Assembly (NCBI RefSeq): GCF_964355755.1
Contig: NC_092672.1
Span: 5,642,001-5,706,000 of the forward strand
Direction of reading: 5' to 3'
Length of the DNA: 64,000 nucleotides
Origin: Antedon mediterranea
Lineage: Eukaryota; Animalia; Echinodermata
Under the pieces are notes generated by a model. It was given only the letters and a program-made list of their open reading frames with translations, was not told the origin of the DNA and ran no database searches. Both the position numbers and the translations under genes were made by a program. Numbering within the stretch: position 1 is the first letter of the stretch; each line of letters begins with the position of its first letter. Shown in pieces: positions 22,401 to 35,095 of this stretch.

Positions 22401-25400
22401 ATACAGTAAAGATGACATAGCATATACAGTATGGTATATAGTACACCAGTGACATATTGTATATAGAATAGTACACGTATACAGTAAAGATGACATAGCA
22501 TATACAGTATGGTATATAGTACACCAGTGACATATTGTATATAGAATAGTACACGTATACAGTAAAGATGGCATAGCATATACAGTATGGTATATAGTAC
22601 ACCAGTGACATATTGTATATAGAATAGTACACGTATACAGTAAAGATGACATAGCATATACAGTATGGTATATAGTACACCAGTGACATATTGTATATAG
22701 AATAGTACACGTATACAGTAAAGATGACATAGCATATACAGTATGGTATATAGTACACCAGTGACATATTGTATATTGAATAGTACACGTATACAGTAAA
22801 GATGACATAGCATATACAGTATGGTATATAGTACACCAGTGACATATTGTATATAGAATAGTACACGTATACAGTAAAGATGGCATAGCATATACAGTAT
22901 GGTATATAGTATACCAGTGACATATTGTATATAGAATAGTACACGTATACAGTAAAGATGACATAGCATATACAGTATGGTATATAGTACACCAGTGACA
23001 TATTGTATATAGAATAGTACACGTATACAGTAAAGATGGCATAGCATATACAGTATGGTATATAGTACACCAGTGACATATTGTATATAGAATAGTACAC
23101 GTATACAGTAAAGATGGCATAGCATATACAGTATGGTATATAGTACACCAGTGACATATTGTATATAGAATAGTACACGTATACAGTAAAGATGACATAG
23201 CATATACAGTATGGTATATAGTACACCAGTGACATATTGTATATAGAATAGTACACGTATACAGTAAAGATGGCATAGCATATACAGTATGGTATATAGT
23301 ACACCAGTGACATATTGTATATTGAATAGTACACGTATACAGTAAAGATGGCATAGCATATACAGTATGGTATATAGTACACCAGTGACATATTGTATAT
23401 AGAATAGTACACGTATACAGTAAAGATGGCATAGCATATACAGTATGGTATATAGTACACCAGTGACATATTGTATATAGAATAGTACACGTATACAGTA
23501 AAGATGACATAGCATATACAGTATGGTATATAATACACATGCGGTATATTGAATATAGAATAGTACACGTATACAGTAAAGATGACATAGCATATACAGT
23601 ATGGTATATAGTACACCAGTGACATATTGTATATAGAATAGTACACGTATACAGTAAAGATGACATAGCATATACAGTATGGTATATAGTACACCAGTGA
23701 CATATTGTAAATAGAATAGTACACACATACAGTAAAGATGACATAGCATATACAGTATGGTATATAGTACACATGCGGTATATTGAATATAGAATAGTAC
23801 ACACATACAGTAAAGATGGCATAGCATATACAGTATGGTATATAGTACACCAGTGACATATTGTATATAGAATAGTACACGTATACAGTAAAGATGACAT
23901 AGCATATACAGTATGGTATATAATACACATGCGGTATATTGAATATAGAATAGTACACGTATACAGTAAAGATTACATAGCATATACAGTATGGTATATA
24001 GTACACATGCGGTATATTGAATATAGAATAGTACACGTATACAGTAAAGATGACATAGCATATACAGTATGGTATATAGTACACCAGTGACATATTGTAT
24101 ATAGAATAGTACACGTATACAGTAAAGATGACATAGCATATACAGTATGGTATATAATACACATGCGGTATATTGAATATAGAATAGTACACGTATACAT
24201 GTAGTACATATGTGGCCTATTGAATAGTGCACATATTCAGTGTGGTAGAATGGCATAGTTCTTGTATGTAAATCTATTCACCTTGAAACACCATGTATCT
24301 TTTATCTGCCGACTTAAATTGAGGTCAACTTCTGCAACTAAAAGTCCATCTCGTACTCTTGACAATCCCTACAGAAGAAAATGTACTCGAGTACTATTTA
24401 TGAGATTCACAGAAGCTGTTTTAATCTTAGACCATAATGCTGATAGTCTAGTTGGAATTTGTATTAGTAGCTCAAGTCTTTGTACAACAAACACTATGAT
24501 CTTTATAATTCTCTTCTCCACATCTATGCCATGTGGAGCACTACAAATTATTACCTGTCTGTCACTGAAATACGCTTAACTACTAAAAATTACCATAAAT
24601 TATTATTTGAGCTCATTATATAAGACCATTAAGATGGTCTTTATCTTTTTTTTAGTGTATTACAATTTTCATAAAAATAATAATTATAATATTTAAAACA
24701 AAAATAAATACCGGTGTTCTGCTTCCATCTGGAGCAGCCAAATAACTAGAACCTGAATTAATTAAAAATGAATGCTGTTACCCAAGGTAATTGATATGTG
24801 TCACTACTTCTAGTTCTACTTCTAGTTATGCATGCGTTATATCTTCTCTTGAGTCCACTTGCTTGCTAGAAAATATGACTACTCCGGATTTGGTTCCCAG
24901 AAATCTGGTATCCCAGTAGAGGTGTGTGTTTATTTTAATAATGCTGGATACAAGCATATTTTTTGCACATTAGGCCATAAATCAGATAGGTGGTAATCCC
25001 CCTTATACAGGGGCTATTTTTATAAACCAATTCACCAGCGTAACCCCTACTTGTCTTCAATGATGAATTCAGTACAAACAAGTTATAAATGTGTACACTG
25101 GACCTATGTTTTTTTTTTGGTTTTTTGGGTTTTTTTTTTAGGGTGATCCATCCAGAAATTGCTGATAATTAGGGACCCTCAGGGGTTCACAAGACAAACA
25201 TATACACAAGATGCTCTACATAAACAAAGTCTTTTCCTTAGAAAAAATCCTGACATGTGACGGGACAAGGACAAGCATGATATTTGTAGTCCTTATCCAT
25301 AAAAACTCCCACAACCAGAACTAGGTGGGAGTCGGCCTAGAACACATGCGGATATTGTTGACTCTTTAGGTACGGTAAATGTTGTCCTGGTCTTAACCGC

Positions 25401-28400
25401 TTGTTTACTCAGATTCAGTACTTTTTTTACATTGTCAAATTGAATTTTTTTTTTGGCTTTGTGTCAGATATGGTACAGGTTTTTTTACCATAAATGTACA
25501 GAAATAAGATATAATCTATTGTATTGTAACTGACAGAGTATATTCCAATGGTTGGTGGTTATCTGCAGTATATTTATTCATTTCCATTATTTCGGATAGT
25601 ACATCCATATATACAATCATACAAAAACAATACAATACTTATTATGTGAATGAGCAAAAGCACTAAACCTATATCTTTTTCTACAAAAACTGCACTGTAC
25701 ATAAACAAAAATTATGTATACTTTAGACATTTGTTATCATTAATTAAGAATTATTGTTAATTGTCTAATTGTCGAATAATAAATGTAACAAATATGGGGA
25801 GCTTACATAGACTAAATAAAAACAGTATTTGGTTTATGAGTTTATAAGCAATACAAATTCAAAAGCTCACCATAGAAGTGTCCCATCTGATTGTGACCTA
25901 AAAAAAATTAACATTATAAAACAATTATTAAAATTACTAGAGAGTATGTTTTAGTTGGTTATATTAAGCTCTGTCCACACTACAAAACAAAATGTGATGT
26001 GCCCATATATGGACATGATGATGTCATATCACTACATATTTGAGCACATCACTATCATATATGGGCACATCACACTTTTTTTGATAGTGTAGACAGAGCT
26101 TTAATTAAAACCCCATCACAACCAACCTGCCATATTGATTTGTCACACAACATGGTAGGATTGATTACACTTACAGTAAAGACTTTTGAATTGAAAAACT
26201 GGCTGCATAACGAATGTGAAATAAAATAATTATTATATTTATATTAGTTAGTACTATTATTATTATAAAGCGTATTCTCCTAACTTGGCGTAACCCAAAA
26301 GTCTGGTTTTCCAAATTTGAAATAGAATGAGATCATTTGTAATTCTTGTATAAATGCCTATTATTAATATGTATAAAACCAATAAACACTTAAAGATAAT
26401 TTAATCAATTAAACTTACTTTTTTTACCATCAGCAGATGTGAACTCGTTTGGAAAGGTTTCCTGCAAAAAGAAACAAAAGTAATATTTTAATATTTGGTT
26501 GCTTTAAAGCTCTGTCTACACTACCAAACTAGTGAAAATAAAAATAGTAATATGCCCAAATAAGGTAGTGATGCGACATCATCATGTCCATATATGGGCA
26601 CATCACATTTTTTTGTCACATAATGTTTGATAGTGTAAACACAGCTTTTAAAGTTACATTGTCTCAAATTCATAGATTATTTTGACTCAAAAAATAATTA
26701 TATTTTCTTTATTCAATATTCACAAAATCAACATAATATAAACATTCTGAAGTAAAGATATATTGGATTGAATGTTAAGTAACTCACAGTTCCAACCCTG
26801 TTGATTCCCACAGTAAAGTAAGTGTTAGCTATAGCAGCATTCCTTGCTTCAATTGCCCACATCGGCTCACTGAAATTTATAAAAGAAATTTACAGTACAA
26901 GATCATTATAAAATAGTTTTATTTCATTTATTTCCCACTTATTTTAATCCCACTTATTTAAATGCATTTAAACAAACATATGTGTACAGAATATAATATA
27001 TGAGTGGAAGGAGGTCACAGTTCATTGGCCCCTGTATCAGTATAATTACAATGTTACGGAGTAGACTAAAATATATTTTTAAAATTAGGGTACATAAAAA
27101 CCAAGAACATAACAAATTAGTTTACTTTTAAGTAGAGCTATAAATATTTAAAAATACATACTTTATGAACACATTATTTGAAAACAGGATTTTAAAACAT
27201 ATTAAATGATTGTAATTTTATTGTTACAATTGAGTTTCTTATTATGTCAATTAATAGTACAGTAGTCAGATATACAAATTATGAGCAGGTAAAAGGCATT
27301 CATGCAGCACAATGTACAACATCTATTACAAAGTGTTTGAGCAAAATAAAGTACAGTACAAATTATATTGGCAAAACAGCAATACACTATCACTGTTATA
27401 ACAGCAATACACTGTAACAAATAAACAAACACACATAAATACAGAATCACAGAAATAATTACCATTCATTTAAGCAGCATTACCGCAAACATTAGAGAAT
27501 GCAAGAATAAACATTTTATCTTGTAAAAAACTGTTTAATTTTTGGAAAAGACAAATTACAGGTCTCAAACTAATTCTTTATGAGTTAGATTTCTACTACA
27601 TCTTACCAATGGAAAACTTTATTATAGAATATAGTTCTATTGTACAGATAGGTGGCCAACATCTAGGTGTGTTACAAGAGAGCTACCACATATTAAGTTT
27701 ATACAAATTCTTTATTTATTTTCAAACTCTTTGCTTGATTTTGGTTGGTTTTTTTTGTCCTGGTAGTAAAGAGTTTTGTTCTTTATGTCATATTTCAAAT
27801 GCCTACCTTAAAGTTCCGACCGTGGCTGAAGGATTGAAGACTATCTCCGCTCCATTCATACCATACATATGCCAATTCAAAGGATGATGTCTGCCAAAGC
27901 AAATATTAACTGCAATACGACCTAACAATTATGATATAAAAGACAGTTAATTTCTACTTTTGAGCTATGGATTTTACAAAAGGTATGTGGTATGTAACAA
28001 AACTGAATAATGACAATTCTTCATTGAGAATACTAGTAATTTGTTAGTAGTAATTTGTGAATCTTGGCTTAAGATAAATAAAGGCTCGCAGGATTTGCGT
28101 GAAATGAATGAAGTATGAGTCGCAAATTGTAATTCCAAGCTGCATGTAAAATTTAAATCGTCACTGCTCCATTAGAAAGATAACAAGTTTTCATGAGGGA
28201 GCATTTCTAGTAGGGTTTCCAACATTCTTAATAGCAGAGAGTTAATGCGGACCAATAAAATTTGTTCCTTAATACAAGAGAATTTCTTACCAAATTGTGT
28301 TTCAAAAACAGAATGACCAGTGTTCCCTTCCATGTAGTAAGTAGACTATAAAGCCAAAAATAATTTTTGTTTATATACTGTATATACAATTCATGAATTC

Positions 28401-31400
28401 GTATCTTTGTGTAAAACTGACCAATCAAAATAATCCTAACATAATTCAGTGAAACAATGTTAATATAAATTGGTTACTCAACTGTTACTTCTTGCTCTAA
28501 AAAAAATTAAATTTAAAGAAATTACCTCATTAAAATCTCCAATTCTTGGGATATGATTCTTTCTTGATTTTCCAAGAACTTTTCCAGTGTTTGAAATAAC
28601 AACTACAGTAAATTTAAATAAATATATGTTATTTAAAAAAGCAGTAGAAATAATGAATTAAGTTAAGAACTAGGTGAATTGAGACAAAAGGAGTATGTAT
28701 AAAGTCGTGTATCCAAAGTTAACACTCGGGCTCCTTCTGATCTGAATTTCTGATTTACGTAGATTTTGCCATCATAGTTCATAAAAAAAATCCAAAATAA
28801 GATGAGTGGTCCTATTATTGAAAGCTTTTCCCTTCTATGAATCCCTGAATACGCCAGTGTTTAAACACCACAAAATGTTGATAAATACATTTGAAGATAT
28901 GTGACCTTTGACCTACCTGCAGTGTTCCAAATGACATCAGCTGGGTCACGTTCTAAGATTGGTGAGACTACAACCATGTTGAAACGTTTTGCAAGCTAAA
29001 AAACAATAAAAAGACACTTATTTTATTACATTGTTACAGATAAGTAGGCCTACAGTGCTGAGCTGAAAACATAAACCTTCCATAATAAAAAAAAAAAAGA
29101 GGCAACCATACATACAGTACAGTACTTAAATCATATTTTTTAAGGATGCATAGAGTAAAGCTACAGAACTTCATCTCATCATTTTATAAAACTATCCTTG
29201 AATGATGCCTAGAGTAAGCCAGGTAATGGAAACAATCTAGTGACTTTTTAAAGTTATATTCTGCCTTAAGGGTAACCTTACATCCTGGCATAGCTTGGTT
29301 GTAGGCCCTTCCTCAGCAGATTCAGCAAACTCGCACCACGGCAGTTTTTCTCTTGTACAAAATGCAAAAGGCATTGCTATAAATAAAAGAATACATGTAA
29401 ATGAGTGAGTGGCCGAGCGTTTAAGACAGTGGAACCGTAATTACGTAGCCATAACATCGGCAGGGGTTCGAGGCTCACTCACTCCATGGTTCTGGTGGTA
29501 GAACGAGTCTTCTCGGATAAGGACTATAAACCGTAGGTCCAGTGTACACATCTAGCTCGTGTGCACTTTAAAGAACCTAGTACATCTTTCGAGACGAGTA
29601 GGGGGTTACCCCGGTGTATTAGTACATCACAGCCACTGATCACCAACTGGGCCCTCTGGGAGACCAGTCATTGACTGAAGAGGTTACCCAGTATAAATAT
29701 ATATATTTCAAATATATTCAATTCAATTCAAATAAATACAGTCAACTCTCCCAATACTCTGGTATTCGTAATGTGTTTTTAATGGTAAGAGAATTTGGGA
29801 CTGTTTGGAAAATGTTCGTATTGGGAGAGTTTTCTGGTTTTCAGAGAGTCTGGTATTGGGAGAGTTTTCTGGTTTTCAGAGAGTCTGGTATTGGGAGAGT
29901 TTCCGCTTTTCAGAGAGTCTGGTTTTGGGAGAGTTTCTGGTTTTCAGAGAGTCGGGTATTGGGAGAGTTTCTCTGGGTATTGGGAGAGTTTCTCTGGGTA
30001 TTGGGAGAGTTGACTGATACTAATCTAAAGGTGTAAAAAATGAATAAATAGAACTGCTAGATGCACTTTAGAAAATGTTTCAAGACCATAATCAACATCT
30101 ATGCTTTGAAATTCTGTTTTCTTAATTATTAATTGATGTACTTACTCCAAGCTTCTTGAAAACATATAATGTTCACTCCACATTTTGCCGCAGTCTCAGT
30201 AATGTCACTTATTCTGGCATGAAGTGATGCTATCTGTTAATAGAAAAGAAGCTTGATTTTTTCACAGTATTGTTATTTGATTTTAAATCAACTAACAAGG
30301 ATAAAAGCCTCCACTAAAAAAATTGATAAAGATGAAACAGTTGTAACTACAGTATATACAAAAATTACAAAATAATGCATGTTCACAATTTTAGACTTAA
30401 AAATATTTAAAGAGTAAGCAAAAAACCAGAACTTACTATAGAAATTGCACAAGCGCTTGAATTAGTTACATTGATACAACCAAAATGAGGATTAAAAAAA
30501 ATTTAAGTAACTAAATAAATGAAACGACGGCATTAGCCTTGAACCTCCGATTTCGCTTCATGAAACTGTAAATAAAATTTGTCAGGATCCCCTCTAAATA
30601 AATTTGTTAAGCTTAGCCAAACTGGTAGACTGAATCAACTGAATAAAAACACTAAACGCTGCCGGCAATCATTTGTTTACCATTCAATTCACGTATTTAT
30701 TCGTAAGATCTCTTTAGATTCATTGGTTACACATTTTTCACGCTGCTGCTCTAGCCCGCTATGTCACACGAGATGACTCATTCATTAGATGAAATCAAGC
30801 AGCTTTATAGTACTACACTTTGACATTTTTGTTAAAATGGAAACTCCACTATAATTTATTGGTACCACCTGTTGAATCCAAAAACGGCTGAGAAAAGAGT
30901 CTAATGACAAATCCCAAAGCATTCTGGTATTTATGAGTCCCATGATATAATTCTCTGTCAGATAATCATTGAATTATTATCAAAACAGTCCATTGAAGTT
31001 TTTGTTTGTAATAGGATACTTGAAGTATCTAGGCGTGATGAAGTGACCCCCAGACTTGACCTTAGCAATAACAATAAGCGAGCAACGTTTTTTGTAAGAA
31101 ATATTCTTGTTTATATTCATTTTCTAATTGCATGCAAGTCAAAATGCAAATCAAACAACCAAATTTCACTTCGTTGTTAAAATGACAAAAATAATATTTT
31201 ATTGTATTGTAAATAAATGAAAAAAACTTGAATAAAGATCAGCATTTATTAGAGGGCAGTAGATATATAACATTGTGATCATGTTTTTGTGCAGACATAA
31301 CACAATGCATTGATTGGTGTAAGAAAAACACAATGTTATTGTTAGTAATAGATACATGACAATAGGAAACAGATAAAGAGATTAATGAACACAATACACA

Positions 31401-33346
31401 AAAGAAAAGGCAATAAGGTGATTTAAGGAGAGGTTTAACAAAACAGGAAGGTAAATCAGAATTTAAATGTAGTACTAGTAGTAGTTGGTTCAAAAGACAA
31501 ACAAAACAAACAAGAGAGGATGGAAGGTAGTATTTATTAACATTTCAGCATGCAGGTAAAAGTAAAGTATTAGAAGGCCAGTGGGTAGGGGAGGGCACAG
31601 AAGAACAGAGCACACCCAGTGGCATAACAACTATGAGCGCTCACTGGTTAAACCGAAAGGCACCAGAGCCTAAGACTAGAGGCCCAGAGCATGAGCAGCC
31701 CATAGTTGGTTACTTTACTTACTCAGTTTGTTCTACAGTACGATTTTGAGAGATCAGTTTGTTTTCAAAGTAGAATATTTATCGCCGTGGCTAAAGATAC
31801 GGTACCGTATTCTAACTTCTGTTTACTAAAGGTACGGTAAAATTGCATTACGTCATAGCCAACCAATGGGGTGCTGGTACGTGTGTGACGTCATCGTATA
31901 AGGACTTTGGATTTTTTTTCAAATCGCGTCTCTGTTGTTTTGTGTAGAGAATTCCTATCGGCGGCGCCAGGCTGCGTGGGTGTGTGTGCGCTGCAGATGA
32001 GGGTTTTATTTTTATTCCAAATGGCCTATTTATGCCTATATTTTTTATTAAACTTTGTTTACAATGGTGACCATAAACAACAAGCAAATGCAGACAATAA
32101 AGGGGCCCTCAAATACTATGATTTTGACAGTAGCCCCAGGCTAACGAGTCACAGAAATCAGCGCACACATGCAGCTGGCCCCAGCCTGGCATCGCTTTCC
32201 CTACACAAACAAACTCATATAATGAGGTTATAGTAGGCGTAGTAGGCCTAGCCTAGGCCTCTTTTGAAATGGTTTTCTGTATTCTAGAATTAAAATCAAC
32301 ATGTTTTGGCTTTTCAATAATAATAACAGACGTAGGCTACATTTAGTTTTTGTCACACACGATGGCGATAATAGCGATAAATAAAGCATAAAGAAAATGC
32401 GGTTGATCACTGTTTTCGCGATATGAAAAAAATCCACAAAGTCCTTATACGATGACGTCACACATGTCCCAGCACCCCATTGGCTGGTTATGACGTAATG
32501 CAATTTTACCGTACCTTTAGTAAACAGAAGTTAGAATACGGTACCGTATCTTTAGCCACGGCGAATATTTATTTGTCTTTTAACCAAAAAGGCATAATAC
32601 CTAATCAAAAAAGATGACCCTTGAACCCATACCTGTTCTGATACAGGTGCATCTGTTGGCAACAAGAGTTTATTCTGTACAGCACCAATCCTGACAACTC
32701 TAGGAGACCTCATCTGCTCTTTTTTGGCATCGATGCCATAACCACGCAACTCAAAGTCTTTCTCTTTGGAAGCTTGCAGTGCTTCTTCTGGTAACTCTAA
32801 AACCCTTTGCAAAAATAGATTGATTTGTTGTGTTATTAAATATTATATAAATGATAAAATTATTGTATATAATCTGTATTAGTTTAATAGTACATGTTTA
32901 AATTGCACACTTATCATTTTATGAAATAATTGTGGACAAAAAATCATTTTAAACACCCGAACTGACCAGAGATGAGTTACTGAGTATAAAAAACAACCAA
33001 AATTGCAAAACCAAAAAGGTGGATTAGTTTTACTTCAGCAAGGCTGAAGGCTGATTTTTATACCTCCATGGTCCATCAGGACTCTACAAGTCCAGGAGAG
33101 GCAGTACCAGTATAAATAATAGGCCTAGGCCTACTATAATGCTAACCCAGATATCCAGGCCAGGCCCATGATGGTCATTCTGACGTGGCATGCATTCATT
33201 TCTGTTCTGGTGGCGAGAGATTGGGAATTTAAACATTTAATTTACCTAGCCTTCTTTCCATACAATATGGTTAGAACTTTTTCCCGTATTTCTTCGGGAA
33301 TGTTATCACGCAAGATAGAATCTACGCTGTCTATTTCAGCTGCCAT
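19474..33346 (-). CDS. UPB1: Beta-ureidopropionase (beta-alanine synthase), 14 exons, ~381 aa
   Basis: Exons 33346-33246, 32804-32633, 30233-30146, 29376-29282, 28995-28917, 28602-28526, 28345-28291, 27921-27807, 26869-26788, 26461-26419, 25897-25871, 24752-24712, 24368-24282, 19557-19474; all GT-AG, total 1146 nt in frame. Nitrilase triad motifs [31 protein letters not shown]; also [27 protein letters not shown]. Confidence 0.97.
19580..21124. repeat. 78-bp satellite array, left block (~20 units), in the last UPB1 intron
   Basis: Unit atagaatagtacacgtatacagtaaagatg(a/g)catagcatatacagtatggtatatagtacaccagtgacatattgtat; 26-aa periodicity in the ORF track. Confidence 0.97.
21125..22039. mobile_element. 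~0.9-kb hairpin-headed element inserted in the satellite (possibly non-autonomous Crypton-like)
   Basis: Satellite breaks at cagtat| and resumes at |atggtatata in register; 21125-21292 is a long inverted repeat centred on cgaggcaaagccgag; no TIR joining the two ends. Crypton assignment is from recollection of similar motifs only. Confidence 0.7.
22040..24200. repeat. 78-bp satellite array, right block (~28 units)
   Basis: Same unit; degenerates at ~24200. Confidence 0.97.
25967..26100. mobile_element. Tourist/PIF-like MITE family 2 (agctctgtctacactatcaaac...gtttgatagtgtagacagagct), about 10 copies in window
   Basis: TIRs with TTA/TAA TSD. Other copies near 26508-26647, 37394-37586, 38581-38715, 49586-49730, 56468-56586, 57810-57970, 59025-59173, 59816-59953, 61443-61537. 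Confidence 0.85.
29403..29735 (+). mobile_element. tRNA-derived SINE with Deu/Nin-like core
   Basis: A box tggccgagcgtttaag, B box ggttcgaggctc; core ggataaggactataaaccgtaggtcc...ttaaagaacc...gagtagggggttaccccggtgt resembles the Deu domain; (attca)n/AT tail. Confidence 0.75.
29817..30011. repeat. 35-bp then 21-bp minisatellite in a UPB1 intron
   Basis: ttgggagagt at 29821, 29856, 29891; later gtattgggagagtttctctgg units. Confidence 0.9.
31783..32563. mobile_element. Mutator-like (MULE) non-autonomous element, 781 bp
   Basis: ~135-bp near-perfect TIRs (cgccgtggctaaagatacggtaccgtattc...) and perfect 9-bp TSD aatatttat (31774-31782, 32564-32572). Confidence 0.9.
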
Positions 33347-33900
33347 AACTTTCAAGGGGAGAAAACTCAAGAAAGACCAACAAAAACAAGAATGATTGAC
33401 GTGTACACTGCGCCCTCTAGTTTAAGACTCTATGTTGAGGGCGCTAAACTATCAACAAGAAGCGCAGCTTGTTGCGTTGATTTTCTAATATTTATGATTT
33501 TTAATACAAAAAAACACGTTTGAAGTCATAAAATGCTCATTATTAACCATGTGTATTAAAGGGTTTGACATAGCTGGATATATACTTTATAACGTAATTT
33601 AATGATTTTTAACGTTTTACGAATGCATTTACTCATCTAGGCTAGGCCTTGCTTGCTTGGCCTGGTATTCACTATAAGTAGCCTAGCTAGTAGCTAGTTT
33701 AGGCTAGGCCCTAGCTAGGCTAACTAGGCCTAGCTAGGCCTGCTCTGAGGTAGGCTAGCCCGGGCGCTAGGCTATAAATACTGGACCTATCTAGGCCGGT
33801 AGATCCGACTATAAGACTAGGCTTAGGCCCACAGCACAGATCCTACCTGTACCTAATCGAATTACCACCTAGTCTAGATAGAGGCGCGCTACCATGCTGT
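33347..33900. promoter_or_regulatory. Probable bidirectional promoter region UPB1 / KIAA2013
   Basis: Head-to-head genes; inverted GCGCCCTC/GAGGGCGC pair at 33410-33444; GC-richer TAGGCCTA/CTAG cluster 33638-33830. Function is inferred from position. Confidence 0.5.
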
Positions 33901-33940
33901 TCAGGATCCCGTTATTTATAGCCTGATCATGCATGGCATA

Positions 33941-34630
33941 TCAATCAATCAATCAATAATTTTTATTTCTCAAATAAAAACAAAAAACAGTTAACATTTT
34001 CTAAAAATAATAGATAATAAATGAGAAAAAGGGGTACCCCACAGGAAGCTTAAGCTTTAAAATGTGGGGTCCTGGCAACATAATTAAAAATAAGGTAAGG
34101 TAAGAAATATATATAATATATGATAATGAACATAAAAAGACATTTAACTTAACAAATGCAGTTATTATTTGACTTAAGACAGATATATGATCAACTTAAA
34201 TAATAATAGTAGAAACAAGGTATTCATGTAGTTTGAACTTAAATGAAGATATAAAATTAATAATTTTAATTTCATCTGGTAAAGAATTCCAAATTTTTGG
34301 TCCTTGAAAAGTTATATCATGCTTGCCAACCTCCGTATTAAAACAATCATAAGCATAATCAAATTTATTTCTGGTATTATAATTATGAACTGAACTAAAA
34401 GTTTGAAAATAAGTATCAAAAATTCTGCCACTGGGCAGTTGATTATGTTTGAATTTAAACATAAATAAAGCAACATTTTTTGTAAGTAAGTCGTAAATAT
34501 TAAGTGTATTAGATAAGACAAAAAGAGGAGCAGAATGGTGGAGGTAATGAACATTATAAACTAATCTTAAAGCTCTTTTTTGCAAAATATAAATACGGTT
34601 TAAATTAATTTTTGAAGTAAAACCCCAAAT
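33941..34630 (-). mobile_element. 5'-truncated L2/CR1-like LINE 3' end
   Basis: ORF 34196-34684 (LQKRALRLV, HNYNTR, GPKIWNSLP, FKFKL) is typical of the region C-terminal to RT; (TTGA)n tail at 33941-33957. Confidence 0.85.
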
Positions 34631-35095
34631 GGTAGATTGCCTCTCGCTAAGTTGGCCCACCCGTCTTTTAATGTCTTCTAACAACCTTTAATTAAAGGTA
34701 TTCGCTGACATTGTTGACATTCATATATGGACTTCACAAGCAAGCTACATCGTATGTTTTCTTTAAAAGTTAATTCTAAGTTCTAACCCTAGGCCAGGGC
34801 CAAGTTATAATAATGATGGTGAATTTACATGGATAGGCCTAATAATTAACTTTTTATACTTCATACATACTGTTTCAAAGTCTTTTTGTAGCTTTCACAT
34901 TTTAGTCATAAAAAAATACAAACATTACGTTTAAAATTACTAAAAAATACTATTAGACTATTCTGGTTATGGGCCTACAGTAGGCCTACAACAGTATATA
35001 AAAATAAAAAATATGTTTACTAATAATATATATATTATTTTTTAGTCTCTGCAACCAGGAACACAAATAATTTAAGTGGAGGCTGTTGTATAAAC

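Noticed and set aside
19580-24200. CRISPR-like array
   Set aside because: Head-to-tail units with no unique spacers, no cas genes, eukaryotic intron context.
19554-24256. Very long Tyr/Cys/Ile-rich ORFs (400-770 aa) in three minus frames
   Set aside because: They are translations of the 78-bp satellite inside a UPB1 intron; all three frames are open, with no codon structure.
29403-29490. tRNA gene (also 3372-3440)
   Set aside because: Only A/B boxes are retained, no convincing cloverleaf, and each continues into a SINE body.
29671-30036. Overlapping repetitive ORFs
   Set aside because: Products of the 35/21-bp minisatellite.
30480-31240. Possible DNA transposon in UPB1 intron 2
   Set aside because: Composition differs slightly, but I could not identify TIRs, a TSD or a second copy.
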